A stretch of 63,838 bases of DNA, filler included, from Basidiobolus ranarum (Eukaryota), in the NCBI GenBank assembly GCA_040143965.1. It is 7 parts of 7 records of this genome, joined end to end, with 100 filler letters (N's around TTAATTAATTAA, not from the genome) between each part and the next. Parts side by side here need not be neighbours in the genome. Positions count along the whole stretch, not along the records: positions 45,695 to 54,720 come from JASJQH010000883.1; positions 54,821 to 63,838 come from JASJQH010000884.1; 5 more parts are not named here. One strand, 5' to 3'. Position numbers and translations under genes: made by a program. This document shows positions 49,102 through 62,361 of the stretch, piece by piece. The notes under the pieces were generated by a model. It saw only the letters and a list, made by a program, of their open reading frames with translations, searched no databases and was not told the origin of the DNA. Position 1 is the first letter of the stretch, and every line of letters starts with the position of its first letter.

Positions 49102-51150
49102 CCTGACAGTATTTCACCAGACGGAGATTGAGAAGGAAGCCACAGCCCCTTAATGTCAACAAATTTTAAACCGATCCGTCCTACCAATAGACTATTCCTT
49201 TCATAAACCAATTTTTACAGGCTGATTAATTTTAATCAATCGGGCTTTCTTTTTTTAGGCGAAATACCAACGATCGCAGCCAATAAGGAGATGATAGTAA
49301 TAATAATTATAATATATAACCATATATATTATAAGTAGAGCAAACAGCAGTGGTGTGAAGAGACTTTTAACTCAATGCACTAAGTCATTGCACTCCTTGG
49401 GATTGATACTCTGTCTGATGGTGCAGAAATTCTCCGATATATAAGCGACGACCTGGACGTCCCCCAACCCTAAATGGAATAGTCACCCTCGACCAACAGC
49501 ATGCCATCGTTGGATAAGGGTCGCGCTCTTTCTCCCCATTAGTAGCTCCTCCCTCGGGGCCATTAAGTCTAGTTAGCGCAAGTGCTCTGATTAGTACTCA
49601 GCCAATCACTTGAGATTACTGCATGATGATATCTCGTAATTGGTCCGCATTGCACGATTGCAGATCCAATGATAGCTGTGAACAGTTTAGGCTTATAATT
49701 TAGAGGTTTGTGATTGATTCAGGACTTCCAGCTTCATGCCTCTATAATTTTCTGGTCCACTGTATGACAAGTGTTGAGTAACAGTCTTTTATTTAGCAAG
49801 GAATCGTGGACTTGAAAGGATATAACTAAGACATACATGGTGATGTCATTGTGATGCCGTTTTTCACCAGTTTGAAATCATCCTTCCAGGTCAAACAAGC
49901 AGTCGGCCATTTGTCCACGCCTCCTAGTGTTTCTCAGAATCCCTGTACCCATTGGAAACAACCTCCATTGGCCGTTGTATAGACTTGGAAGGTGTATTCT
50001 GAGGCACAAGCACCATGCTAATGAGCACCTCACATGGCGCAGCATCTGTCTCCTTGCCTACAGTTGATGTTGTGACTTATTCCTGCAAATAGGCGAATAG
50101 CACAATGAACATCACCACTGCTTCAGGCTACAATAGCAGAGGTTTATGCAGGCTCCGGCACCATTGGCTGGGCAGAAGTCTCCTTAAGCTAGATGTTGGA
50201 AAACGTAATTTTAGAGTTTGTTTCCATTCGTAGTGGGGCAGTTCTATATACGGAATATGAAAATTCTCAATTTCAGTTTTAGTGGTTCAGTTATGCATGT
50301 TAATAAATTCCCATTGCTAAAATAGGTAAAGACCGTCCAACGATTATGATCTTCTTGCTTCGTTTGTTTTCTTGGGGGAAACTTGATTGCTTGCTTAATT
50401 TATATTCCTCTCTGATTGGCCGATAGAGTGGATTCTGTTCAGTAGACGAAGCAGATGCCTTCATACATGCATTGTTTGACTAAAGATAATCGACTCTACT
50501 GTACTTATAAATGCATTTGCTATTCGGCCAGTGGAGGGTAATACTTGCAGCTCAATTAATGTACTACTTCAATAATTGTCAAGCTGTCCTACTTTCATTG
50601 TCTGGCCGCTTTATAGATTGTCCATCATACTTTTTTTCAAATCCTCCCCTTTTCCCTTCAACGTCTACGTTCTTCACCTTACCTTTATCCCGTTAACCTT
50701 TCCCCTTTTTTCTTCCTAACCTTAACCTCGCGTTGATTGTTGATTTTAATATAATCCTTCAACCTGTATCATTCCTCCTTTTCACCCACTTTTGTACGTA
50801 TTCCATTTAAGGGTGTCTGTACTTTTTGTTTAGTTCAGGTTTTGCCTTTACTCTTATCTTTTCCTTGAAGTGTTTAATACTCTAAATACTGACGCTAAGA
50901 GAAGTGAATAGTACTATATTTCCCTTATCTAACCTTCCTGAAAACTCTATTCATTTATTTAAACTTAGCTCTTTCCAATACGTGTCAGTTCGTATATATA
51001 TACATATACATAACCTCTGAGGACGTTTCCTGGCACACCTTTTTGTGTGTTTTACATTGCAATTGCAGATAAGCACTCCACTTTATCTGGCTATTCGCTT
51101 TTCACTCTACAAAGGCTTTTCTCGTTGCCTGATAGAAGCTTACACTAGAG

Positions 51151-52770
51151 ATGACCCAGTTTTGCTTTCAAAATTCGGGTTTCTACCAGGTGGAAACCAC
51201 ACCAACAGCACGAATCACCCTTTCAGGGGTTCAAGAGTCGTTACTTCAAGAAGCTGAGAAAAATATTATTTGGTATCGGGAGCATTTTTTTGGTCGAGGT
51301 TTGGTTTCTTCTGTTTTATTGTACCCTATTTTGGATGACTAAACCAAACCAACATTGAATGTCCATAGCGCACCAAAACTACCTCGCTTTAGAGAGTCAA
51401 TATGGCCCTGTATCCGTATCTGTAGTAGAAGATTTTCATGAGAATAACATATTTGTCATCATTAGAACATCACAGGTACTGGTGAAGTGTTTAATCTTTA
51501 GCGGCATCGATCATGTGAAATGAAGGCCTGAAGTTGAGATCTCTAAGATTTAAGCTAACAATTCGATGTTTTCTGTCACTTTTGTTTCAAGGGGTCGGAA
51601 TTCTTAGTGGTCAACACCAAGACCATACACAACCCATGGTTTCGTAAATGCCTGTCTCTTCCACCTACCATCAATGCGATCATGAAACAAGCCAAGCCTG
51701 GATTCCTGAACAACATGAGGCTCAGTCTTTGCAAGAGCCCTATGCTACCTAGTGCTCTATTAGAAACTGAGGAAAGACAAGTAAGTTGATATTGAGAGAT
51801 TGTGGAGGTTTGTGTGGCAAGAAGTCTGATCGGTCTACTTCCACCCAATTATAGATCATTCGAAGCTATAAATTTGGTGTGTGTTATATTGGGCCTGGCC
51901 AATCCAATGAAGACGATATGTTTTCTACCACTTGGGGTAATACAAAGTTCTCTTAATGACCAATATTGAAGTTACAATGTGGTTAACTAATCTCCAAAAT
52001 GGATCTTTTAGAACAAACCTCCCCTGCCTTTTCTGGGTTCTTGAACTTTTTGGGGGAAAATATTAGACTAAAAAACTGGAAAGGTTATAGAGCTGGATTA
52101 GACGTGACAAGTATGTGCTTTTATATTTATGAAGAATGTCTTGAAAGTTTCGAAATTGGTCCCGAATATTTACTTTCATCAATTAGGTGACAATACCGGC
52201 ACTAACTCCGTGTACACTAGCTGGCAGAACTATGAACTGATGTTCCACGTGGCTCCAATGCTACCATATGATGAAAGAGACACTCAATGTTTAGAAAGAA
52301 AAAGACACATTGGGAATGATATCGTTGTGATAGTGTTTCAAGAGAGCGATGAACCATTTCAGTTGAGTAGCATTTCTTCCAACCGGAATCACATCATTTG
52401 TCTTGTAAAGCCGTATAAAGAGGGTTACAGGTAAGAATACACCTAAGAGTGGTCTTATTCCTATGGAGTAGGTGCTAACACATCTGAACATCTAGCATAT
52501 CTTTGGCTCGCCGAAAGGATGTTCCCGCGTTTCAACCTGAGCTTCCAGAGCCAGCCATCATTCACAAGGATGCCACGTCACGTGACTTCCTGTTACATAT
52601 ATGTAAGTGTTCGACTTTTGATGTACCACTCTGTCCTTGTAACTCACTTTTTTCTACGCAAAGTAATTAATGCTGAGCGCGCATCGTATAAAGTCCCGGT
52701 GTTTGCTACACAAATTTCTCGGACACGATCAGTGTTGTTGTATGATATCACCGAACGTTTCACCAGCTAA
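51151..52770 (+). CDS. Rap1 GTPase-activating protein (Rap/Ran-GAP domain); multi-exon
   Basis: WYREHFFG, HQNYL, IIRT, YKFGVCY, LKNWKGYRAGLD, TGTNSVYT, LMFHVAPMLP, LERKRHIGNDIVVIVFQE, INAERAS. Confidence 0.92.
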
Positions 52771-53655
52771 ATGAGCCCAGAATTAACCCAATCTAAATCC
52801 TACATAAAGAAAATATCCACAGTTCTCTCGTCAACAGAGCCCATTGACTACCCATACCATTCCCATCCACTGAATTCTTATTTTTCATAGTTTGTTCAAA
52901 TTTCTTTTCATTTTTCATTCAAGGTTTTCATGCCAAACAAGACAATCATTCGAATTTCCAATTCTCCTGGATTTCACCGGAGAGTATTTGGTTCACACTT
53001 ATCCAGGGTTTTAAACCCAAGTTCGCCAAATTAATTGGGATTTTCTTTTTAGTAGAGCCATATACAGACTGTGGGGGCTTTGGGTATCATGGTCGTACAT
53101 AATATAGCTATAGAGTCTCCATTGTTCACTGTAAATTCCTCGGCAAATCCATTAAAATCTGAATGAAAAATGAATTTTACAAGAGAGCTAGAGTGGGAGG
53201 AGAAGAGGGAAGGAGTTCTAATTAAGAAAGTTGGACAAAGTTATCCACATTAAAGTTGAAAGAGCTAGTCCAACATTATCGATATTTATAGAACCTAATT
53301 GAGGGTTATTTCATTTTCAAGTAGACTGATCCTTTTTTTAGTAAAAGGGTAGCGGTATCAAAGGAAGTGGGTGTTTACAATATAAATACAAGGGAGAAGA
53401 ATAACGGAAGATAGTTCATAATCAAAAGACTCCCAAAAATACTGAGTGATTCACGCCAGACATGGTCAATGAGAGATGGAATGATTGACTTTAACTACGT
53501 ATTTGAGGAAAGAATAGGTGATTGTTTTTATACAACTGAAGATTCATGTGAGAAATGTGAAGGTAAAGATAATTCATGTTTTTCTACAATACTTTGCTCA
53601 TTGTATCGTATGAGAATACGGATGAAATGAAAGCATAGATATCACCCTAGACAAT

Positions 53656-54720
53656 CTAAATAGCTGTACTGGTCTCTTCGTTAAGCCGACTCAATCCTTT
53701 GCTCTGTCTCTTGGGGATTGCTTGCATACTACTTGTCAAGGTATCCTCGTCAAGCTTCGAGTTTTGGCCACGATTACCTTGATGCCTCCAGACAATAAAA
53801 GTGTAGAAATGAGTAACAACGGAGTAAAGAATTCCCAGACAACTGGTAACTAAGGAGAGAAATGGGAATAGTTTAAAGTAGCCGTTGGATGTCTTGTAAA
53901 TACTCTAAAGTTTGGTAGAAATGACCAGAATTTGTCTATTAGAAGGAATTTGGGAGTTATGTAACTCTTGGGAAAATAGAATGCTTACCTGTATGATTAA
54001 TTGCGGAATATCCTCTATGACTACTCCAATTGCTGTGCAAAAGAGAATCATACGGGTCACTCGTTTCGAGAATGGTGCGCACAATGAGTTGAATCCCATA
54101 AATCGAGATCTCAGTATATTCAATAGCACCGGGTTCGTAGCCGCCAATACAGAAACTAAGGAGGTAACCAAGGTATGTCTAGCGAACCATTCATGGAATA
54201 AAGGATTGTTGGATACTTCCTTGACAATGATGTATGTAGAAGCGACCAAGTTGAATGAAAATGGCAGTGTTAAGAACAATATCGATGGGGCTGCCAATTT
54301 GGGTATATCGAACGAGTTTGAGATAACAAAAAGCAAATCAGCCACAAAATCGAACAGAGACAGCGCTAAAATGAATATGATGGAATTATCACTGTTGGGG
54401 AATTTTCTATGGCAAACGATGAACCCAACGATTACTGCGACCACCGCGACAACAACAGCAACCAAACTTCCCCAATTATCTTTGAACAAACTTTCCTCTC
54501 TTACCAGGCCAAATTTAGGATCTATAAGTTGACTATACTCCCCGTAATTGAGAGGACTTCGGTCTTTATTCTTTATCATCAGAGAGAACTCATTGGCCAA
54601 GTTGTAGGCAGTCCGTCTTCCATCCGTTCCAATCTTCTTCAGTTTAATTTGATAGATCTCTCCAGATTCGGTGTTTCTCAACTAGGTGCATTGGATTCGC
54701 TTGCTCTCAATCGGCAATTC
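53656..54720 (-). CDS. C-terminal multi-pass membrane region of a large hypothetical protein; 5'-truncated
   Basis: Open frame from the contig edge with several TM helices (DFVADLLF, FHEWF, EDIPQLIIQ); intron about 53905-53988; final exon ends at TAG 53656-53658. Confidence 0.75.
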
Positions 54721-54820
54721 NNNNNNNNNNNNNNNNNNNNNNNNNNNNNNNNNNNNNNNNNNNNTTAATTAATTAANNNNNNNNNNNNNNNNNNNNNNNN
54801 NNNNNNNNNNNNNNNNNNNN
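54721..54820. other. Artificial contig-join spacer
   Basis: N44-TTAATTAATTAA-N44. Confidence 0.97.
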
Positions 54821-55076
54821 TAGCACTTTAATCATCAACAAGGTCTGCAGAGATCTACTGATACATTGACAGAGCTTACTAAGCACAAGAAATGATAACA
54901 TTAGTGCTCTTATTGATTCTCTTTTTTGCATGCCAACTTAATGTGTGTCTGCACCAATCAAATCTCATAGCTTAAGTCAAAAACAGATGGGATTTACCAT
55001 ATTAGCAGAATTCTAAGAAAACACAATTACAATCTGAATTTCATACAACTTTCCTACTTTTTTTAATGGTATTCTT

Positions 55077-55413
55077 TGTAGAAAAATACATAGCTTAAGC
55101 ATCACTATAGTCCTATAGTTAGCTACCTAAGTTCTGTTATGTTATTATTCAATATGTCCATGAGGAATTTACCTAGAATGTAGAGACCAACTTAGCAGTT
55201 TTAACATTATGTGATTTTCTCAAACTTGTCCAAAAGTCCCCAAACTTTGTATACATGGTCTTGTAGCCTTTCTGCACATATACTAAATATTAGTTCATCT
55301 GCTTCTTGATAAAAGTCTAGATGTCAACTTGCACTCAATAAGTCAGGAAGTGCAAATCACCAATTCCTCTAGTTCTCCAAACCACTTCCAAAAACTCTCA
55401 AAATACTTCAACA
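55077..55413 (+). mobile_element. Solo LTR, diverged subfamily
   Basis: TGTA...CAACA, 337 bp, TSD TTCTT (55072-55076 and 55414-55418); shares CATGAGGAATTTAC, CCAACTTAG and CACCAATTCCTCTA with copies A and B. Confidence 0.8.
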
Positions 55414-56035
55414 TTCTTATGGTATTCCTCCCCCTCTACCTTTTATTTATTTAAAATATTTAGTAAATTTTGAAACTTTTAGAAGAAATTACTTTGGGAG
55501 TCACTTTCAAAGTAACAATTGCTGAGAAACAGCATCCTTTATATATGTATGAAGTTGCTGTTAACATAGAGATATTTGGTATAAAGAACTTCTGTTAATT
55601 TGGTACTTTTACCCATTATTGAAAGATTATGAGAGATTTGATTAGTGCTAGCAAACACGATTTATATGCAACACGTAATGACAATCGCCAAAACCATCAT
55701 ATCTAAGCTTTGGATCGTAAATAACATGTAGATAAATATATGTAGACCATGAGAATTTGGTGGAAATAAAGAGAGTGTTTGGCCTCAGGTACGAAATTTC
55801 CTATTGTTATTGGCTCCATTGAACATATAATTGCTATATGCATCCGACACCTACGTCTCACTATAGTGTCTGATAATAATCAGTGTATATTATGCTACCT
55901 ATCAAGTACCAGTTTACCTCAAAGGTAAAACTTCAATTGTGATTCAGTAAATACTAGAGAGTCAATGCTGTTAGCTAATAATAGGGATTCATTTTTTATC
56001 AGGCCTGAACAAATGCTCACTGTAGATGGTCACAA

Positions 56036-57272
56036 ATGAACAGTCTCAGAAATATCCATTGGTTTATTACAATTCATGTAGAGAATCCATTCGAAGTCTG
56101 GACCCAAAACTACAGTTTGAACTTAAATATTGCTCCGTCACTAATTATGTCTGGAGAAATTCCACTCTATAGGCTTCCAACTGATATTCTTGAAGAGTTC
56201 TGGAGTTTAAAACAATTGTCCAGTTACGGAAATGATCTAAGCGAAAGCAACTTGGAAAGATATATTTTCTTTCATCTGGCTGAGTACGTATTCAACCTAA
56301 TTGTTAACGACTGGGTGCTCTGTTCTAGATACCTCGTCAAGATGACTCATATTGAGAAGATAGTAAATCTACCTGACGTCTAAGTTTGGTTACTTACTAG
56401 AGTTGCAAATGAAGCACTAGAAACTAAAATTAAAAATGGAAAAATCAAATCGGTAATTGGGACATTGAGCTTCATTAAGCAAGGTTGAGTAATCAACTAC
56501 CTTATAGTATGGAATTTCTAGCAACAACTTTGTGTTGCTACCAGAGCAACCTCAACTCTTCCCACCCAAAGATTTAACCCAGATGGCTGAGAAAGCAGCA
56601 CAGAGCATCAGAAGAACTCCAAACCATAAATTTCCAGCCAATGTAAAAGGGATCAATATCAACGAGGGACTGGAAAGCAAAATCTGCAGGTACAAGCTTC
56701 TTATTGGCGGTACACAGGTATACATATTTGGGAATCTCCATTTTCAAGTGATGACTAGCCGACTTTTCCTGAGCTCTTTCGAGCAGGCGGCACATGGAAA
56801 CTAGTCAGTACACCTCAAACATCGTATCAAGAAGTGCTGGTGAAAACACTAGTTATGCAAAAGAACACCGCCTCTATTGACGATAAGTCTCATTTCTTAA
56901 TGGAAACAATCAATAGACTAAATTCAGAAATCCCGAGGATTCATTCAGTATTCAGATATGAGGAGATTAAGCAGAGTATATTCCTTGAGCCATCAAAAAT
57001 TCGATGAGATCCTTCATCATGGGTTAAAATATTTGCACAAGTTCTTTAATGAATACGAAAGAGAGACCTAGTACATCGGCTCTGTTTGTTTAAAGAAATA
57101 TCTTGACGGACGCAGAATCGAAGTAGGCGAGGAGGAGAGGAACTTTAAGGAGTCTACTGTACAATTCTTATTGAAACATGACGAGATACCCTCGGTCATA
57201 CTCGAAGTTGGGACGGAAAAGCATATGGGTTTTGCTAGGAAAACGTTGGAAATTGGTTTGGAAGTGGACTGA
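56036..57272 (+). CDS. Possible multi-exon hypothetical gene or pseudogene, no family recognised
   Basis: Protein-like open segments separated by short GT..AG intervals; the exon structure is uncertain. Confidence 0.4.
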
Positions 57273-57713
57273 ACCGTTTGCACGTACCTCTACATCTGGT
57301 CTCTCTGCTACACATATATCCTTAGGATGTAGATTCTTCTCATGGTTCCTTCTGTGTATACGAATCATGATGGGTAATAAATACTTCGCTTTAGCACCAG
57401 CCATACTCCAGTGAACAAAGTTGATCTCGTGAGCTAGGAATAGAAACCGGAATAGCTCCACCATAGCCTAAACCGAAGGGAACTAGCTAAAAGTGACATC
57501 AGTGATTTCATCACCACGCCCTCATGGACATGGTGACAATTATTTCTTGATTTTCATCTACCGAATATGGACCTTCATCATCTCGAAATAGAGTTAAGCT
57601 TTGTTTAAATAGAGTCGATTGGCTCCACCAAATTCCAAACCAATCTTCCTTGTCGCCATCACTCAATTCACACTTAACCACCCCCACTCTCGCTGCTTGA
57701 GTTTGGTGTAATA

Positions 57714-58564
57714 ATGAAATCTATTCAATCTTGCTCTAATGATTTGCTTTTGGTCATTCTCTCCTTCTTATGCTTCATCTGCAACTTTACTCTCGCGCAA
57801 GATGCTAGCTACCCAATCCAAGTTCAGACAAGCATCATTGCCGTTCTTATGATCATAGCAGGGTTTGTGCTCTGCTTCTGGGGCCAACGACTATTCCCGT
57901 TAATGCTTTTCATTGCTGGGTTTATGGTATTTGGTAGGCATCAATTTATATAACAATCGGCATTTCGAATCATTTATATACGCAATCTACCAGAAAAAGA
58001 CTCGGTTCCTTAATTATTGTAAATTTAGGTTTTATTGCGTATGTGAGCTGTATTGAGATCTCCCCGCCGGTCCCCACGCTCCAATCACCACCTAACCTGG
58101 TTATAGGAGTTGTTGTCGGCCTCATTGGGGGATATCTATTCCGTCGCTTCTGGACTTTGGGCGTCCTGGCAATCGGTGCATTGGCTGGATTCGCCCTCGC
58201 AATGTTTATATTATCACTTGGAAATGGTTTCTTGATTTCCAGTAGCATTGGTCGTACGATCTTTGTCATCCTATGCGTAGTGGTTGGTGTGGTTCTGATG
58301 TGGTTCTTTGAAAAACATACACTGATAATCGGATCGGCTTTCTTTGGAGCTTACCTACTTGTCTCGGGTATTGACTATTTTATTAGAACTGGATTCGCAC
58401 AACATATCTACGGCTTCCTTAGAGGTGGCTCATATGCAACTAGCGGAAAGGTTTATGCCATGATTGCTACCTGGGTTGTTCTCGCTATCATAGGAGCTGC
58501 TATTCAGTATCGGACATATAAGCCTTGGGAGCGCCATCATACTCACCACCGTCGTCGAATTTAA
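57714..58564 (+). CDS. TM7S3/TMEM198-like (DUF4203) multi-pass membrane protein, 2 exons
   Basis: Signal-like N-terminus, GFVLCFWGQRLF, Gly-rich TM helices, IIGSAFFGAY...GIDYF; intron about 57934-58028. Confidence 0.85.
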
Positions 58565-59513
58565 ATTTCAGCATCCAGTCAGAAATTCCTCCCCTTCAGG
58601 AACATTTGGATCCCACCAATTTTAGTAAATAATAGCTTACATTTTTCAGCCCCTATCTTTGCAATTCATCTGTTTCGATAATAAAAATTCCTGGATATTT
58701 TGTACAATTACAGTCAAGACTCATTCTTGTCAAGATACGTGTGATAAAATGGAAATGTATGAGGGCAACTTCTATGCTTCAACGCCATAAAACACCTATC
58801 TGATACGCATGTCCTTCGCCTTAGCATCACCCCTTTAGAATGAGATAGCAAGCATCTTCACTACACAAATAAAGAAAGGATTTACATATTACTGTGTTAC
58901 TCTGAGAGGTTGAGTTGTTTAATTTAAGGCCGATCCACAAGAAGAAGCTAGTAAATATACAATCGTTCATAAAGGTAATAGAAGACCTAACCTGTTATAT
59001 TATAATTTCAATAGCCACAATTCTCTATAACTCAGTCGAAACCTGTACTCTAATGCAGCATACTAAACCTCTTAACCCTAAGTTGGGATGCACAGCATTA
59101 AACTTAGCATATCCTAATTTCCACACATCAATGCGTTAAAACAAAGCTAATTCCGAACAAGGTGGTTGGGTAGAATATTGGCACAATGGTTTGACGGACT
59201 GTGTTTGTTATGATGTAAGTCACTAAAATTCGCACTAATAACAGCCGTTCTGCAGAGATAACTAGATCTAGAAATCATTATCGATGCACCCCTTAGGGAG
59301 GCTCAAAGTTGGATGCTTGAAAGCAGGCATTGAAAATCTGACAGTATTTCTCTTTGATATGAAAATTACATTGCATGCAAATAGTCTTTAGCTCAGTATA
59401 GGCATCGAAATACTTTTAATACCTTTGCATCAACCGATTCTGGAAATGTTATATAAAAAGAAAGTATCCCCATACTAGAAATTTACTATCAACTCTTTCA
59501 TATAATCTAAAAT

Positions 59514-60550
59514 ATGACAGCAAAGAATCCAACGGCACTTCAAGAAGAGAAATGGAAGACGAGTGATACGACGATCACTTTTGAGACGAATGATGAGACT
59601 ATTAAATGCTTCTTAAATGAGTCGCCTTTACTCAAGCGGCTAGCAACTGGTGAAAGCATCCCTTGGCTTTCTAAGTTCCGTCTTCAATATCGTGAATATT
59701 TAGCTGAGTACTTTGGCACTTTATTGCTGGTTAGCCTCGGGTTGTCAGTCATACATCAAGTAACATTAAACAAAGGTACTACTGGCACTTTCTTGAGTGT
59801 AAACCTTGGTTGGGGATTTGGATTGACTTTGGCCCTTTTGATCTCTGGCCGTATTTCGGTAAGTTACTTCTTTTGCTCACGCCATTGTTAATATACGAAT
59901 TGTTTTTGATCTTTGTTTCTTAAATATAGGGTGGACATTTGAACCCTGCTGTGACAATCGCAGTTGCCTTGATTCGAGGAATGCGATGGAGCAAAGCATG
60001 CGGCTATATCATCGCTCAGCTAATGGGGGCATTCTCTGGTGCAGCTCTGGTGTATCTTTACTTTTGTCCACTTATTTTGGCATACGAAAACGGAGTCCGC
60101 CAAGTTGGTGGAGAACGTGATACAGCTGGCCTTTACGCCTCGTACCAAAACCCCGCGATATCGACTTTCTCTGCATTTGTTGGAGAATTCTTAGCAACAG
60201 GCGTCCTTATAATAGGAATTTTCACCGCTACAGACAAAAGAAACAATATTCCGTCGTACTGCGTGCCATTCATAATTGGATTAACTGTGATCTCTATTGG
60301 GATATCTTTGGGTAAGTGAATGTTGAAGTTAACAATCTGTGTCTTTATGATCTAACAAAGCTTGTAAGGTTCCGTGACTGGTGGATCTGTCAACCCAGCT
60401 CGTGATTTAGGACCTAGAATTTTTACAGCAATTGCTGGGTGGGGTCGTCCAGTGTTTACTGCTGGAAATTATTATTTTTGGATTCCAAATGTTGCGCCAA
60501 TCCTTGGTGCCATTTTCTCTGGGATGTTGTATGAATTCTTTGTTTGTTAA
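59514..60550 (+). CDS. Aquaglyceroporin (MIP family), 3 exons
   Basis: YLAEYFGT, IS|GGHLNPAVT, VNPARDLGPR, YFWIP; upstream TATATAAA at about 59450. Confidence 0.93.
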
Positions 60551-62361
60551 ATTGAGCCCATATCTATGCAAGTAGTCTCTTCATCATTCAAGGATTAATC
60601 CTGCTTTGACCTTTCTGAAAAGTTCGCTGGCATGAACCGTATCCGTATCCATTATATTTATATTCTGTTACATATTAGGCCGAGCTTATTTCAAATAATA
60701 AATCAATACATATTTACTACGAAATACACCCATGTTAATCATGGCATTGCTGATATAACTATGCGGAAGTGACAGTCATTAGAAGTAGCCGAACTGAATT
60801 TACACCAGGGCTTAATGAGGAAATTGAAATTGAATTAATATCAATGAGACTCCCCAATATGTAGATTACAAGCCCAGTCCGTCTAGACCAAATGATCCAC
60901 TGAGTTTAAGGTTGAACTGAGGCGTAGTTGGGTGAGTTGGACTTTTGATATCAATTGAGCCTTGTTTCAGCCCCATAATTCGCTCTTGCCAAGATCCAGG
61001 AGTGCTGAATAAAAGCTACTCCCTGTGACTAACCGGTTTTCGGTGTAAACCCTAACCTAACGATTGAGACACGCGCAACCCTTCCAGTAGTATATTCGCG
61101 ACACTCTAATTTGAATGGAGATTGTAAGGGCCGACGACCGTGGATGAGATTTCTCGCATCACTCATGTATATGTTGTCTACACACTTCTGCTCAGAGAAT
61201 GCGTCAATGATTCATGTTGACTTGAGACTGTCCGTTGTGTTTCGTCACTCACCCCTGCACAGTATAGAAATGTGATTGGGAATAGACATTGCTGTCGTTA
61301 GTTACCTATAGAGATCTTTAAATTAAATCGTAAATCGTCTTTATATCCATGGCTCCTATCAAAACCAGATGTTGATGTTACTCTGAAATCAGCAAATGAG
61401 AGGCATATAACCGCTTGAAGGGTTTATAGTTCATTAATATTGTTGGTAGAACATGAGATACGCTTGTGGCACAATTAGATCCAAGTCTAGTAGCATCTCC
61501 GAACACGGATACTCCGGATACAGTAGGTATTAGTAATACTCCTTCAAAATCAACTAAAAGTTGGTTTACTTCATTCATCCGAGGGGTCTGGTCAAATCCA
61601 ATCTTCATATGATCTTATCATCTTGCGTTGGCTGTGTGCACCTCTAATCTCATCTAAACCAATAAAGCTCCAGTAGCTTCTCGCGCTGTATGTATTCTAC
61701 CAGGTGAGGTATGGTGCGGAGAAGATTCAGAGGTGTGAACATATAGAAAGCGTGATTACCTGGTAATAACTTATGATAGGTTATTTGTAACACGGCTCCT
61801 AGAGTGACTTTATCTAATCGAATTGTGCAGCCTCTGGATGATTCATGAATTATTTTCTAGATTAAAAATGCCCTTCTCGATTAAACTGACTTACACTTGA
61901 AAGTTGGTTCATGTCAAAACCGCATTGTTCCTCACGGCTTTCGTGCGAATGACCTTCCTTTTGTGCCTCTAGTCCCTCCTCCCATTCCTGATCTATTACC
62001 GGATTGGTCGATATTCTATCGCTACTGAGCAAGGAAAATAAAAGGCACTGAATTATTTGGTGTCTCCCGGTATTTGTCCATTGAACTAATAATCGACTAA
62101 GGATCTCTTCCATATTATTTCTCTTCTAATTGATGGCAAAGTGTAGTTGCTGATTCTCCTTAAGCTGAAGAATTATACCTCTTTTGATAAAATCAACCTT
62201 AATTTTTCAAATTGGACGAACTTTCCACCAAGATTTTTTCTATTCTTACGGAGAAAACAATCTTTATCCTTCTTTAAATTAAACTCTACCTCTTCTTGCA
62301 TCCCTTGATTGACCTTTGAGCCTTTCGCTCAAATTCACTTCCTCCTTCACATTCTTCCTTG

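Noticed and set aside
49700-50200. GC-richer stretch with broken minus-strand frames (possible transposon relic)
   Set aside because: No motif strong enough to assign.
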